Below, one piece after another: positions 1 to 9,477 of a stretch of 32,000 nucleotides of DNA. The notes beneath the pieces were generated by a model. It was not told the DNA's origin and did not search any database. It worked only from the letters and a program-made list of their open reading frames with translations. The stretch is from assembly GCA_963699255.1 (NCBI GenBank), contig OY969425.1, positions 1,170,001 through 1,202,000 on the forward strand. The letters run 5' to 3'. Origin of the DNA: an uncultured bacterium (GTDB lineage Bacteria; Margulisbacteria; WOR-1; CAVSGV01). Position 1 is the stretch's first letter. The number at the start of each line of letters is the position of its first letter. The position numbers and the translations under genes were made by a program.

Positions 1-2
1 AA

Positions 3-533
3 ACAGCCCCTGATTATATGAGATTCAAGTTTATGAAGAACGGCATATCCCCGAGGGGCATACCGGGTTACGGAGACAGCCTTGTGGTCGCGGACAGCGA
101 CGAACATAATGAGGAAGGACACATAACCGAGGACCTTGAGATAAGGCGGAAAATGGTCGACAAGAGAATGGCGAAGCTGGAAGAGATAAAGAAAGAATGC
201 TTCGATCCGGACCTTATCGGCGAAAATAATTATCAAACTCTCGTCGTTTGCTGGGGATCGAATCTGAACATGGTCAAAGACGCGGTGCGAGAACTGGGCG
301 CCAAGGGCGTTTCGATACTTCATTTTACCCAGACATTCCCGCTGCACGCTGACACGTTGAAATACCTGGAAAAGGCAAAAAAGGTCGTGATGATCGAGAA
401 TAACGCGACATCGCAGTTCGCGAACCTGATCAAGCTTTCAACAGGATATGATATTAAAGAAAGAATACTCAAATACGACGGGCTTCCCTTCAGCGTTGAA
501 GAGCTGAAGGCGGAACTTGAAAGGATAGTTTAA
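3..533 (+). CDS. korA: 2-oxoacid:ferredoxin oxidoreductase, alpha subunit, C-terminal part (5' end outside window)
   Basis: Frame is open from base 3 (TAPDYMRFKFMKNGISPRGIPGYGDSLVVADSDEHNEEGHITED...), a typical KorA/PorA-like segment; immediately followed by the beta subunit. Confidence 0.88.
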   Translation, partial: TAPDYMRFKFMKNGISPRGIPGYGDSLVVADSDEHNEEGHITEDLEIRRKMVDKRMAKLEEIKKECFDPDLIGENNYQTLVVCWGSNLNMVKDAVRELGAKGVSILHFTQTFPLHADTLKYLEKAKKVVMIENNATSQFANLIKLSTGYDIKERILKYDGLPFSVEELKAELERIV

Positions 534-1400
534 GTGGCCGACAAGAAAATATATGATATGGGGGACATAGACATAGCCTGGTGCCCGGGCTGCGGCAATT
601 TCGGGATCCTGAACGCGCTGAAAGAAGCGCTCGCCGAACTTGATATTGCGCCGCGCGATCTTGTGATCGCATCCGGCATAGGCCAGGCCGCCAAAATACC
701 CCATTACATCAAGTGCAACGCGTTCAACGGTCTTCACGGGAGGGCGGTGTCCCCCGCCACGGCGATAAAAGCGGCGAATCCTTCGATGGTAGTTATAGCG
801 GAATCGGGGGACGGCGACATGTATGGCGAAGGAGGGAACCATTTCATTCATGCGATAAGGAGGAACCCCGATATCGCATGCCTTATACATGATAATATGG
901 TGTACGGCCTCACAAAGGGCCAGGCCTCGCCGACGAGCCAGAAAGGGTTCAAGACACCCATTCAGGTGGATGGGGTCGCGTCGGAGCCTTTCAATCCGCT
1001 GGCGGTCGCGATAGCGCTTGACGCCTCTTTCGTCGCAAGGACTTTCGTGGGTGAGCCCGCGAAGACAAAAGAGATAATAAAACAGGCGATATCCCACAGG
1101 GGATTCGCCGTGGTCGACATTTTCCAGCCGTGCGTTTCGTTCAATAAGGTCAATACATATCAATGGTTCAGGGACAACACATACTGGCTCCCCGAAGCTC
1201 ACGATCCTCAAGACAGGGTCGGCGCTTTCCGGAGGGCGATCGAATCCGAAAAGCTTGCGCTCGGCGTGTTCTACGTCAACAAGAACAAACCGGTCTTCGA
1301 AGAAACGCTCGCGGCATACAGGTCAATCAGGGACCCGCTATTCACGCGTGAGCTTAACAAGGAAAAACTAAAAGAAATAATAGCGTCTAAAAGGTGGTGA
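534..1400 (+). CDS. korB: 2-oxoacid:ferredoxin oxidoreductase, beta subunit (TPP-binding)
   Basis: [13 protein letters not shown] motif, [62 protein letters not shown]; GTG start directly after korA stop. Confidence 0.93.
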   Translation: MADKKIYDMGDIDIAWCPGCGNFGILNALKEALAELDIAPRDLVIASGIGQAAKIPHYIKCNAFNGLHGRAVSPATAIKAANPSMVVIAESGDGDMYGEGGNHFIHAIRRNPDIACLIHDNMVYGLTKGQASPTSQKGFKTPIQVDGVASEPFNPLAVAIALDASFVARTFVGEPAKTKEIIKQAISHRGFAVVDIFQPCVSFNKVNTYQWFRDNTYWLPEAHDPQDRVGAFRRAIESEKLALGVFYVNKNKPVFEETLAAYRSIRDPLFTRELNKEKLKEIIASKRW

Positions 1401-1403
1401 GAT

Positions 1404-1592
1404 ATGTCAATATCTGAAATTGTGATCGAAGATGGGTGCATTTCCTGTGAACTCTGCGAGCAGGTGTGCCCGGAAGTTTTTGAGGTCGAAGAGATCGCTG
1501 TCGTTAAGCCAGGGGTTGATCTTAACGCCTACGAGGATAAAATAAGGGAAGCGGCCGACAGCTGCCCCGTCTCGGTAATCTCGGTATCATAG
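1404..1592 (+). CDS. Small single-cluster ferredoxin
   Basis: CISCELCEQVCPEVFEV...SCPVSVI cysteine pattern; 62 aa, 3 nt after korB. Confidence 0.9.
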   Translation: MSISEIVIEDGCISCELCEQVCPEVFEVEEIAVVKPGVDLNAYEDKIREAADSCPVSVISVS

Positions 1593-1708
1593 CGCAGTTC
1601 TTTTTTTGACGTTGAAGGACCGGCGCCTCAACAAACCGCGCACATCATCGACAGTGACCCCGAATAGAATTCATTGAAATTATTTCCAATAAATGACGAT
1701 TATATGGC

Positions 1709-2515
1709 ATGGTAATGCCAGTATCAGAGAACACTCATATCAACGGCATCGGCATGACCGCTCCAAGGAAATTCCGGGTGCGGACGGGGAAATACGGATT
1801 TGTCCTGAAGCAGGGTTTTGATATAGCGCGCGCCACATACTACCTTAACATAATGGGAAAAGAGCATGAAATATCGGACAGCAAATACGTTATCATATTC
1901 GCCCCATATAAGCGGATATACCTTGCGACGAACCATAATGCCGCCATTTTCTTCGCCTTCCTTGAAAAACAGAGCGGCCGCGTCAAAGGCAATGAGAACT
2001 GGCTGCATATAGACAAATATAAACACCCGGACAACAAGCCGACGCAATTTGAAAATCTTTTATCGCCTTCCACGGACTTCGATGAACTGCGAGATAATCT
2101 CAATTATTTCAGGAAATATACTTCTTTGAACAAAGAAGGGATCCATGTGGCCAATTTCATGTCGGGCGTGGCGCAAATGTACCCGGCCATGGATTTCATT
2201 TTTCTGCACAACGATTGCAAGCCCGGCAAGTCTGCGGCCGATTGGGGAGGAATGCGATTTTCCAAAGTCATCCCTCTCCTTGAATGCGACGGCTCATTAT
2301 TGAACGGACGGAGGAACATCATGAGCATCGATCTGGACCTGCTGGGATATGCCAGCCCTCTCACCGACAGGACCGCCGCCATGATGAAAGAAAAGCTGCT
2401 AATGCTGGCAAAAGAAAGCAGGCTGATAATGCTCTTCACAAGTCCGGGATACATGAGCCATGCCGGCGGCAAAACATGGATGGAAGAAATGGTAAACGAG
2501 ATTATCAACGGCTAG
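1709..2515 (+). CDS. Hypothetical protein, 268 aa
   Basis: Single long ORF filling the gap between ferredoxin and the radical SAM gene, co-directional. No confident family; the SIDLDLLG segment faintly recalls arginase-like/UPF0489-type folds. Confidence 0.65.
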   Translation: MVMPVSENTHINGIGMTAPRKFRVRTGKYGFVLKQGFDIARATYYLNIMGKEHEISDSKYVIIFAPYKRIYLATNHNAAIFFAFLEKQSGRVKGNENWLHIDKYKHPDNKPTQFENLLSPSTDFDELRDNLNYFRKYTSLNKEGIHVANFMSGVAQMYPAMDFIFLHNDCKPGKSAADWGGMRFSKVIPLLECDGSLLNGRRNIMSIDLDLLGYASPLTDRTAAMMKEKLLMLAKESRLIMLFTSPGYMSHAGGKTWMEEMVNEIING

Positions 2516-2594
2516 CGATCCGCCGCCGGCGATAATTACATTCCCTTTCCCATGCTTAAGTGCATCTTCATTATTTTAATGTTAAAATATTCCC

Positions 2595-3200
2595 ATGAGC
2601 TCCATTGCATATCAGATAGGCAATTCCTTATATCTTAATATAACCAACCGCTGCACGAATAAGTGCGTGTTCTGCATACGCTACAAGACGAACCTTTTTA
2701 ACAGCAAGCATGATCTGTGGCTTAAGAAAGAACCGACAACGCAGGAGATCATCGAGGCTATCGGCGATCCCGCAAAATACAAGGAGGTGGTCTTCTGCGG
2801 TTACGGCGAACCGCTCATCAGGCTCGACACCGTCATTGAAGTGAGCCGGTGGCTGAAGGATAAGGGCGCAAAAGTAAGGATCGATACCAACGGCCACGGC
2901 AACCTGATACACAAAAGGAATATCGTTCCCGACCTCAAGGGATTTGTCGACTCGATATCTATCAGCCTTAACGCGGTTAACAGGAAAGAATATAATGACA
3001 TATGCCGCCCTGATTTTGGCGAAGATGCTTTTGATGCTATAATCGAATTTACAAAGGAATGCAAAAAATATATCCCGAATGTTGAGCTGACGGTAGTGGG
3101 AATTCCCAAGGTCGACGTGAAAGAAGCAAAGAAGATCGCCGAAGGACTTGGGGTTTCGTTCAGGGTGAGAACTTATTACGAAAAGGATTATATAAAATGA
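2595..3200 (+). CDS. Radical SAM protein, resembling the TatD-linked radical SAM family
   Basis: NITNRCTNKCVFCIRY (CxxxCxxC), VVFCGYGEPLIRLD, DSISISLNA. Confidence 0.85.
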   Translation: MSSIAYQIGNSLYLNITNRCTNKCVFCIRYKTNLFNSKHDLWLKKEPTTQEIIEAIGDPAKYKEVVFCGYGEPLIRLDTVIEVSRWLKDKGAKVRIDTNGHGNLIHKRNIVPDLKGFVDSISISLNAVNRKEYNDICRPDFGEDAFDAIIEFTKECKKYIPNVELTVVGIPKVDVKEAKKIAEGLGVSFRVRTYYEKDYIK

Positions 3201-3217
3201 GATGCGAGATGAGAGAT
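3199..3217. repeat. Short GAGATGCGAGATGAGAGAT phrase repeat at rSAM/lpdA junction
   Basis: 19-nt match to the GAGATG family; fills most of the gap between genes. Confidence 0.5.
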
Positions 3218-3222
3218 AAGAA

Positions 3223-4536
3223 ATGAATTATGATATTGCTATTATAGGCTCGGGCCCCGGCGGATATACCGCCGCCATAAGGGCCGCGCAGCTCGGGAAA
3301 AAGGTCGCGTTGATCGAAAAGGGAGATGTCGGGGGATCCTGCCTGAACACCGGCTGCGTCCCGACCAAAGCGCTTTTTTCGTGCGCTAAGCTTTACTCAA
3401 AGATGAAAAGCGCCGAGAAATTCGGGATCAGCGCCGAGAACCTGTACGCGAACTTCCCGAAGATGATCGAGAGGAAGAACAGGATAGTCAACCAGCTGAG
3501 AAAAGGCCTTGAGTATCTTTTCAAAGGCAACAACATCGACCTGGTAAGGGGCGAGGCGAAGCTGAACGGCCCCGAGCAGATAGTGGTCGGCGATCAGGTG
3601 ATAGAAGCGCCGCACATCATACTTGCGACCGGGTCAACGATACCGGACAGACCGCCGTTCAAAATAGACGAGAAAAAGATATTTTCAAGCACGGGGATCC
3701 TCAACCTCGGAACTTTCCCCAAAAACATAGCGATAATAGGAGCCGGCGCCATAGGGATCGAATTCACATCCATATTCAACGCGCTGGGATCTAAGGTTAC
3801 CCTGTTCGAAATGATGCCGCGCATAATGCCCGCCGAAGACGCAGAGCTGTCACAGGCCCTTGAGCAGCTGCTGTCAAGAAAGGGCGTGGAGGTAAGGACA
3901 GGATCAAGCCTTGAGGATGCCGGCGGCTATGAAGCTGTCCTTGTAAGCATAGGCAGGAAGCTGAACACCGAAGGCTTTGAAAGGATCGGCATCGAGCTGA
4001 ACAAAGGAAAAGTCAAGGTGAACGAAAAGATGCAGACGAACATTTCGAATGTCTATGCGATCGGCGACATCGCGGGGAAATACATGTTCGCTCACACGGC
4101 GGCCAGGGAAGGCATAGTCGCGGCTGAGAACGCTTGCGGAAAAAGCGCCAGGATGGACTATACCGCGGTGCCGAAATGCGTTTACTCCCAGCCGGAGATA
4201 GCATCGGCAGGCTTAACGGAAGAAGAAGCAAGGTCAAGCCACAAAGATATTCAGATCGGGAAAGTCCCGTTCAGCGCGTTCTCCAAGTCGCTAATCGACG
4301 ATGAAAGGGACGGATTCGTAAAGTTGGTCGCCGACCGATCGGGAAAGATACTCGGCATACACATATTGGGGAACAACGCTACCGAGATGATCGGCGAAGC
4401 GGCACTGGCGATAAACAAAGGATTGAAGATCGAAGACATGATCTCGACGATCCACGCTCATCCTACCGTTTATGAATCGATGGGCGAAGCCGCCGCCAAT
4501 ACCCTTAAACAGGCTATATCAATATTAAATAAATGA
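3223..4536 (+). CDS. lpdA: Dihydrolipoyl dehydrogenase
   Basis: IIGSGPGGYTAAIRAAQLGKKVALIEKGDVGGSCLNTGCVPTKAL redox disulfide; NVYAIGDIAG; C-terminal HAHPTVYESMGEA. Confidence 0.95.
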   Translation: MNYDIAIIGSGPGGYTAAIRAAQLGKKVALIEKGDVGGSCLNTGCVPTKALFSCAKLYSKMKSAEKFGISAENLYANFPKMIERKNRIVNQLRKGLEYLFKGNNIDLVRGEAKLNGPEQIVVGDQVIEAPHIILATGSTIPDRPPFKIDEKKIFSSTGILNLGTFPKNIAIIGAGAIGIEFTSIFNALGSKVTLFEMMPRIMPAEDAELSQALEQLLSRKGVEVRTGSSLEDAGGYEAVLVSIGRKLNTEGFERIGIELNKGKVKVNEKMQTNISNVYAIGDIAGKYMFAHTAAREGIVAAENACGKSARMDYTAVPKCVYSQPEIASAGLTEEEARSSHKDIQIGKVPFSAFSKSLIDDERDGFVKLVADRSGKILGIHILGNNATEMIGEAALAINKGLKIEDMISTIHAHPTVYESMGEAAANTLKQAISILNK

Positions 4537-4538
4537 TA

Positions 4539-4680
4539 TTGGGAACACGGGAAAGAAGGAATATAGGGATACAGTTTGGGGAAATAGGAAATCGGGAATT
4601 TAGGTTTTCCCTGTATTTCCCAATTCCTTTATCCCTAAACTATATCCCAATATTCCTGTTTTCCATATTTCCAAAAGGAA
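4539..4680. repeat. Imperfect palindrome built from GGGATATAGG/GGAAATAGG words
   Basis: Left arm AGGAATATAGGGATACAGTTTGGGGAAATAGGAAATCGGGAA versus reverse complement of right arm AGGAATATTGGGATATAGTTTAGGGATAAAGGAATTGGGAAA. Confidence 0.8.
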
Positions 4681-4693
4681 ATAGTAAATACTA

Positions 4694-5524
4694 ATGCTCC
4701 CTCAATGGTTAATCAAGAAAACTCCTAAACAGGAAAACATTAAAAAGATCAGAAGCCTGATAGGCGACAAGGTGCACACCGTCTGCGAGTCCGCAAAGTG
4801 CCCCAATATAGGCGAGTGCTACAGCAACAGGACCGTCACCTTCATGATCCTTGGGAATATCTGCACAAGAGGATGCGGATTCTGCGCGGTAGAATGCGGC
4901 TCCCCCACCCCGCCTGACGCGGAAGAACCGCGGCGTGTTGCGGACGCGGCAGCGAAGCTCGGATTGAAATACATTGTCGTAACATCTGTCACCAGGGATG
5001 ATCTTCCCGACGGCGGCGCAGGTCAATTCGCAAGAACGATCAATGAATTGCGGTCAGCGATACCGGATGCCAAGATCGAGGTCCTGATACCGGACCTAAA
5101 CGGCAATGAAGATCACTTAAAGATGGTTGTTGACGCGAAGCCGGACGTTTTGAACCATAATATCGAAATGGTACCCAGGCTTTACGCCGTCCTCAGGCCC
5201 AGATCAAATTATCAAACTTCAATAAATGTCCTGAAAGCGGTAAAGAGGATCGATAACGGCACGGTGGTAAAATCCGGTTTTATGCTCGGGCTGGGCGAAA
5301 AAGAGAACGAAATGCTCGATCTGATGAAAGAGCTAAGGTCGGCCGGATGCGACATTGTCACCATAGGCCAATACATCGCCCCTTCACAAGAACACGCAAA
5401 AGTTGTAGAATATATCCATCCGGAAAAATTCGATGAGTACAGGAATTTCGGATTATCCATCGGGATAAAAAAAGTGATCTCCGGACCGTTCGTTAGAAGT
5501 TCATATATTGCAGGGAGCTATTGA
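4694..5524 (+). CDS. lipA: Lipoyl synthase
   Basis: CESAKCPNIGECYSNRTVTFMILGNICTRGCGFCAV (auxiliary and radical SAM cysteine motifs), VVTSVTRDDLPDGGAGQFA. Confidence 0.97.
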   Translation: MLPQWLIKKTPKQENIKKIRSLIGDKVHTVCESAKCPNIGECYSNRTVTFMILGNICTRGCGFCAVECGSPTPPDAEEPRRVADAAAKLGLKYIVVTSVTRDDLPDGGAGQFARTINELRSAIPDAKIEVLIPDLNGNEDHLKMVVDAKPDVLNHNIEMVPRLYAVLRPRSNYQTSINVLKAVKRIDNGTVVKSGFMLGLGEKENEMLDLMKELRSAGCDIVTIGQYIAPSQEHAKVVEYIHPEKFDEYRNFGLSIGIKKVISGPFVRSSYIAGSY

Positions 5525-6690
5525 TGGAGGAAGCGGAAAGACTACAGAAACTACCAACCTATATCTTCGCAAAGCAGGATAAGTTGAAGGCCGAAGCAAG
5601 GAAACACGGCGCGGACCTGATAGATCTCGGTCTGGGAAGCCCGGACGTACCCCCGCCGAAAGAAGTTATCGATGAAATGGTCGCGGCGCTCAAAGACCCT
5701 GCCAATCACAGGTATCCCCCGTTCGATGGCTCACAGGAATTCAGGCACGCCATTGTTAACTGGATGAAACGGCAGTACAACGTCCATGTGAGCGAAGAAG
5801 AAGTTGTCCCTTTGATAGGTTCAAAAGAAGGAATTGTACATCTGCAGTTAGCTTACCTGAATCCCGGCGATACAACTCTTGTGCCGATGCCCGCGTATCC
5901 GGCCCATTTCAATGGCGCGATACTTGCAGGCGCCGAGCCCGTGGTCATTCCTACAACGGAAAAAACTGATTTTATCCCGAACCTTAAAATAATCGATGAG
6001 GCGATCGCAAGACGGGCAAAAATGCTTTTCCTGTCCTATCCGACCAATCCTACCGGCGCCACTGTCCCCCTATCATTTTTCGAGGAAGCCGTTGCTTTCG
6101 CGAAGAAATACGATCTTCTGCTTGTGCACGATTTCGCATACGCGGAGCTTTACTTTGACGGGCATAAGCCGCCGAGCATCCTTACGGTCCCCGGAGCAAA
6201 GGACGTCGCGGTCGAGTTCCATACTCTCTCGAAGACATTCGGCATGGCGGGGTGGAGATGCGGATTCGCCGTCGGGAACAATAAATACATTGAATCGCTA
6301 AGAAAGATCAAGACCAACATGGATTATGGACTTTTCTCGGCGATCCAGAAAGCTTCGATCAAGGCTTTGACCATAAACAACGGTTATATAGACAATGTTA
6401 GAGCGACCTATCAGAAAAGAAGGGACCTTGTCATAGAAAGGCTTAAAGATCTCGGATGGAACATACAGAAGCCGAAAGGCGCCATGTACGTTTGGCTCCC
6501 GGTACCCAGAGGCTTTAATTCATACGACTGGATGATCTATTTATTGGAAAAAGCAGGCGTTGTGGTAACGCCCGGCATCGCTTTCGGAGAGCTCGGAGAG
6601 GGATACGCCAGGATATCATTGATCGACAACGAAACAAATCTTAACAGAGCTTTTGACAGGATGAAGAAAGCCGGGGTCAGGTATGGATAG
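5524..6690 (+). CDS. dapL: Pyridoxal-phosphate aminotransferase, LL-diaminopimelate aminotransferase type
   Basis: DLGLGSPDVPPP, SYPTNPTGATVPLSFFEEAVAFAKKY, HTLSKTFGMAGWRCGFAVGN. ATG at 5524 overlaps the lipA TGA and is preferred over the TTG at 5521 in the ORF track. Confidence 0.82.
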   Translation: MEEAERLQKLPTYIFAKQDKLKAEARKHGADLIDLGLGSPDVPPPKEVIDEMVAALKDPANHRYPPFDGSQEFRHAIVNWMKRQYNVHVSEEEVVPLIGSKEGIVHLQLAYLNPGDTTLVPMPAYPAHFNGAILAGAEPVVIPTTEKTDFIPNLKIIDEAIARRAKMLFLSYPTNPTGATVPLSFFEEAVAFAKKYDLLLVHDFAYAELYFDGHKPPSILTVPGAKDVAVEFHTLSKTFGMAGWRCGFAVGNNKYIESLRKIKTNMDYGLFSAIQKASIKALTINNGYIDNVRATYQKRRDLVIERLKDLGWNIQKPKGAMYVWLPVPRGFNSYDWMIYLLEKAGVVVTPGIAFGELGEGYARISLIDNETNLNRAFDRMKKAGVRYG

Positions 6691-7684
6691 GCCCATCATT
6701 GCCGTAACAATGGGGGACGCTTCCGGCATCGGCCCGGAAATAATAGTCAAGGCTTTCCAGAACGCTGAGATACAGAACGTCGCGCGCCCTATCGTCATCG
6801 GCGACGCGCGCATAATGAAAGCCGCCCTTAAATTCGCAAAAGGCCAGCCGCCCGAGATAAACGCGGTAAAAAGCATTAAAGAAGCGAGGTTCTTAAGGGA
6901 CCTGATAGATGTGCTTGATCTCGGGAACCTTGAACCGTCAAAGGTTAAGACAGGCCAGATATGCGCGCCGTGCGGGAAAGCCGCGATCGAATATCTGGAA
7001 AAAGCCATAGCGCTCGCGATCAACAATGATGTTGACGCTATCGCCACGGCTCCGATAAACAAGGAAGCCATACGCAAAGCGGGCTACAAGTTCCCCGGCC
7101 ACACGGAGCTGCTCGCAAAAAGGACCAAGTCCAAGAATTACGCCATGATGTTCGTATCCGACCCGTTCTGGGTGATGCTTGTGACAACGCACCTTCCGCT
7201 GAGCAAAGTAAGCAAAGCGGTGACCAAAAAGAAAGTGCTCCAGACAATAAAGCTCGCTAACGAGTTCCTTTACAACCTGAGGGGAAAGAAGCCCAAGATA
7301 GGGGTCGCGGGCCTTAATCCCCACGCGGGCGAAGGCGGAATGTTCGGCAACGAGGAGAAAAAAGCCATAAAACCCGCGATCGAAGAGGCCCGGAAGATGG
7401 GAATAAACGTTAAAGGACCGATATCGCCTGACGGGATATTTTATCTTGCGAATGTCGGGCTGTTCGATATCGTGATCGCCATGTATCACGACCAGGGTCT
7501 CATCCCGCTCAAGCTTCTTTCCTTCAACAAGTCCGTTAATGTAACTGTGGGGCTGCCGATCATAAGGACATCCGTTGACCACGGGACCGGATTTGATATA
7601 GCGGGTAAAGGATGGGCGAACCCGACAAGCCTGATAGAAGCCATTAAAGTAGCCGCGCATTTCGCCAAGTCAAAAAAGCAGTAG
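6683..7684 (+). CDS. pdxA: 4-hydroxythreonine-4-phosphate dehydrogenase
   Basis: PIIAVTMGDASGIGPEIIVKA, GHTELLAKRT, GLNPHAGEGGMFGNEE, MYHDQGLIPLKLLSF, TSVDHGTGFDIAGKG. Confidence 0.96.
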   Translation: MDRPIIAVTMGDASGIGPEIIVKAFQNAEIQNVARPIVIGDARIMKAALKFAKGQPPEINAVKSIKEARFLRDLIDVLDLGNLEPSKVKTGQICAPCGKAAIEYLEKAIALAINNDVDAIATAPINKEAIRKAGYKFPGHTELLAKRTKSKNYAMMFVSDPFWVMLVTTHLPLSKVSKAVTKKKVLQTIKLANEFLYNLRGKKPKIGVAGLNPHAGEGGMFGNEEKKAIKPAIEEARKMGINVKGPISPDGIFYLANVGLFDIVIAMYHDQGLIPLKLLSFNKSVNVTVGLPIIRTSVDHGTGFDIAGKGWANPTSLIEAIKVAAHFAKSKKQ

Positions 7685-8487
7685 TGATCCGGGAAATCCT
7701 CCGAAAATCCGATATCAGGCCGAATAAAAGCTTTGGTCAGCATTTTTTGTCCGATAAAAATATACTGAACAAGATCGCTGATGCCGCAGTCATCACAAAG
7801 GACGATATTGTGCTTGAGGTCGGCACAGGCATAGGGACACTCACCAGGCCTCTCGCCTCGAAAGCAGGTTTCGTCGTGACCGTTGAAGTTGATAAAAAAC
7901 TGATCTCTCCTGCAAAGGAATCCCTTAAGGGATTTAAAAATATAGATATCATCAATGACGATATTATGAAGTGCAACATCCCGAAAATAATGGATGAGCA
8001 TCCTGGCTTTAAGCACAGGAAAGTCGTCGCCAATGTCCCCTACTATATTACAACCCCGCTTATATCCCTGCTCATCGGTTCAAAAGCGAAGTTCGAAACG
8101 ATAGTAATAACGATACAAAAAGAAGTAGCCGAGCGCATTATAAGCAAACCGGGAAATAAGCGGTACGGTTCATTAACGGTATTCGTTAACTATTACACCA
8201 GACCTGAAATAGTATTCGATATCCCCGCCTCCGCCTTTGTCCCTCCTCCGGAAGTCGACTCGGCGGTAATAAGGCTGACCGTTCTGGATAAACCTTCCGT
8301 AAAAGTAAAAGATGAAAAGCTGTTTTTCAGGATCGTCCGCGCGGCGTTCAATCAAAGGCGGAAAATGCTGAAGAACGCCCTTGAAGCCGCAAAGATCGAC
8401 TGGCCAGCCGGAACCGATATCGACGGCAAAAGACGCGGAGAAACCCTTTCAATAGAGGAATTCGCGAAGCTGGCCAATCTCTTCTGA
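7684..8487 (+). CDS. rsmA: 16S rRNA (adenine(1518)-N6/adenine(1519)-N6)-dimethyltransferase
   Basis: KSFGQHFLSDKNIL, LEVGTGIGTLTRPL, NVPYYITTPL; GTG start overlapping pdxA stop by 1 nt (TAGTG). Confidence 0.95.
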   Translation: MIREILRKSDIRPNKSFGQHFLSDKNILNKIADAAVITKDDIVLEVGTGIGTLTRPLASKAGFVVTVEVDKKLISPAKESLKGFKNIDIINDDIMKCNIPKIMDEHPGFKHRKVVANVPYYITTPLISLLIGSKAKFETIVITIQKEVAERIISKPGNKRYGSLTVFVNYYTRPEIVFDIPASAFVPPPEVDSAVIRLTVLDKPSVKVKDEKLFFRIVRAAFNQRRKMLKNALEAAKIDWPAGTDIDGKRRGETLSIEEFAKLANLF

Positions 8488-8497
8488 CCTCACTCGC

Positions 8498-8526
8498 TTG
8501 AAGCATATCCATAATTCTGATAATAT
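8498..8526 (+). promoter_or_regulatory. Candidate sigma70-type promoter for mdh
   Basis: TTGAAG (8498-8503), 17-nt spacer, TAATAT (8521-8526), upstream of the mdh ribosome binding site. Confidence 0.4.
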
Positions 8527-8556
8527 TTGAAGGTTATCCTTATAAAGGAGGTTATT

Positions 8557-9477
8557 TTGAAAGTATCGGTTTTCGGCGCGGGGAATGTGGGAGCGGAGGT
8601 CGCAAGGCGGATAGTTGAGAAAAAACTTGCTGATGTCGTTCTTGTGGACATTGTCGAAGGCATACCGCAGGGAAAAGCACTTGATATCCTTCAATCTGGT
8701 CCCGTAGAGGGATTTGACTGCAATATCAAAGGCACAAATGATCCGGCAGAGATCGAAAGTTCAGACATTGTTGTGGTAACCGCTGGCCTCGCAAGAAAAC
8801 CCGGCATGAGCAGGGATGACCTCCAGGCCGCGAACGCCAGGATCGTAAAGGGAATAACTGAAAATATCAAGAGGTCCGCGCCGAGATCAATATTAATAAT
8901 GGTCACAAATCCGCTGGATGTAATGACATATCTTGCCTGGAAAGTAAGCGGGTTCGAGAAACACAGGGTTTTCGGGATGGCCGGCGAACTAGATACTGCA
9001 AGGATGATAACTTTCATATCAATGGAAACGGGTGTTCCCGCGTCAAAAATAAAAGCCATGGTCCTGGGCGGACACGGGGACCTTATGGTGCCCCTTATCA
9101 GCCAGACAAGCGTGAACGGCAAACCCCTTCTCTCTTTGATGCCGAAGCAGAAGATCGATGAGATAGTAAAGCGCACAGCGAACGGAGGCGCTGAAATAGT
9201 CAATCTCCTGAAAACTGGAAGCGCATACTATGCCCCGTCCGCTTCAGCGGTTAAAATGGTCGAAGCGGTCATCAGGAACAAAGAATCCGTCATCCCCAGC
9301 GCCGTGATACTGGACGGCGAATACGGCCTGAAGGATGTCTGCATCGGCGTCCCGGCAAAGATCGGAAAAAAAGGCATCGAGAAGGTCGTTGAATTAAAGA
9401 TAACTGACGAGGAAAAAGCGATACTTGTAAAATCGGCCAATTCCGTTAAGGAGAATATCTCCAAATTAGAGATGTGA
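8557..9477 (+). CDS. mdh: Malate dehydrogenase, LDH-like type
   Basis: VSVFGAGNVGAEVARRI, VDIVEGIPQGKALD, MVTNPLDVMTYLAWK, GHGDLMVPL. TTG start at 8557 preceded by AAAGGAGG (8544-8551); the 8527 start in the ORF track contains this RBS and is less likely. Confidence 0.93.
   Translation: MKVSVFGAGNVGAEVARRIVEKKLADVVLVDIVEGIPQGKALDILQSGPVEGFDCNIKGTNDPAEIESSDIVVVTAGLARKPGMSRDDLQAANARIVKGITENIKRSAPRSILIMVTNPLDVMTYLAWKVSGFEKHRVFGMAGELDTARMITFISMETGVPASKIKAMVLGGHGDLMVPLISQTSVNGKPLLSLMPKQKIDEIVKRTANGGAEIVNLLKTGSAYYAPSASAVKMVEAVIRNKESVIPSAVILDGEYGLKDVCIGVPAKIGKKGIEKVVELKITDEEKAILVKSANSVKENISKLEM

Noticed and set aside
438-1211. 257-aa minus-strand ORF
   Set aside because: Shadow ORF antisense to korB; no recognisable protein character, while the plus strand encodes an unmistakable enzyme.
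1600-1650. Terminator-like stem around GTTGAAGG...GCCTCAAC after ferredoxin
   Set aside because: The stem is short and imperfect and the T-run precedes rather than follows it on the plus strand; not enough to call.
6938-7660. 240-aa minus-strand ORF opposite pdxA
   Set aside because: Antisense to a strongly conserved pdxA; typical spurious ORF in GC-moderate coding DNA.
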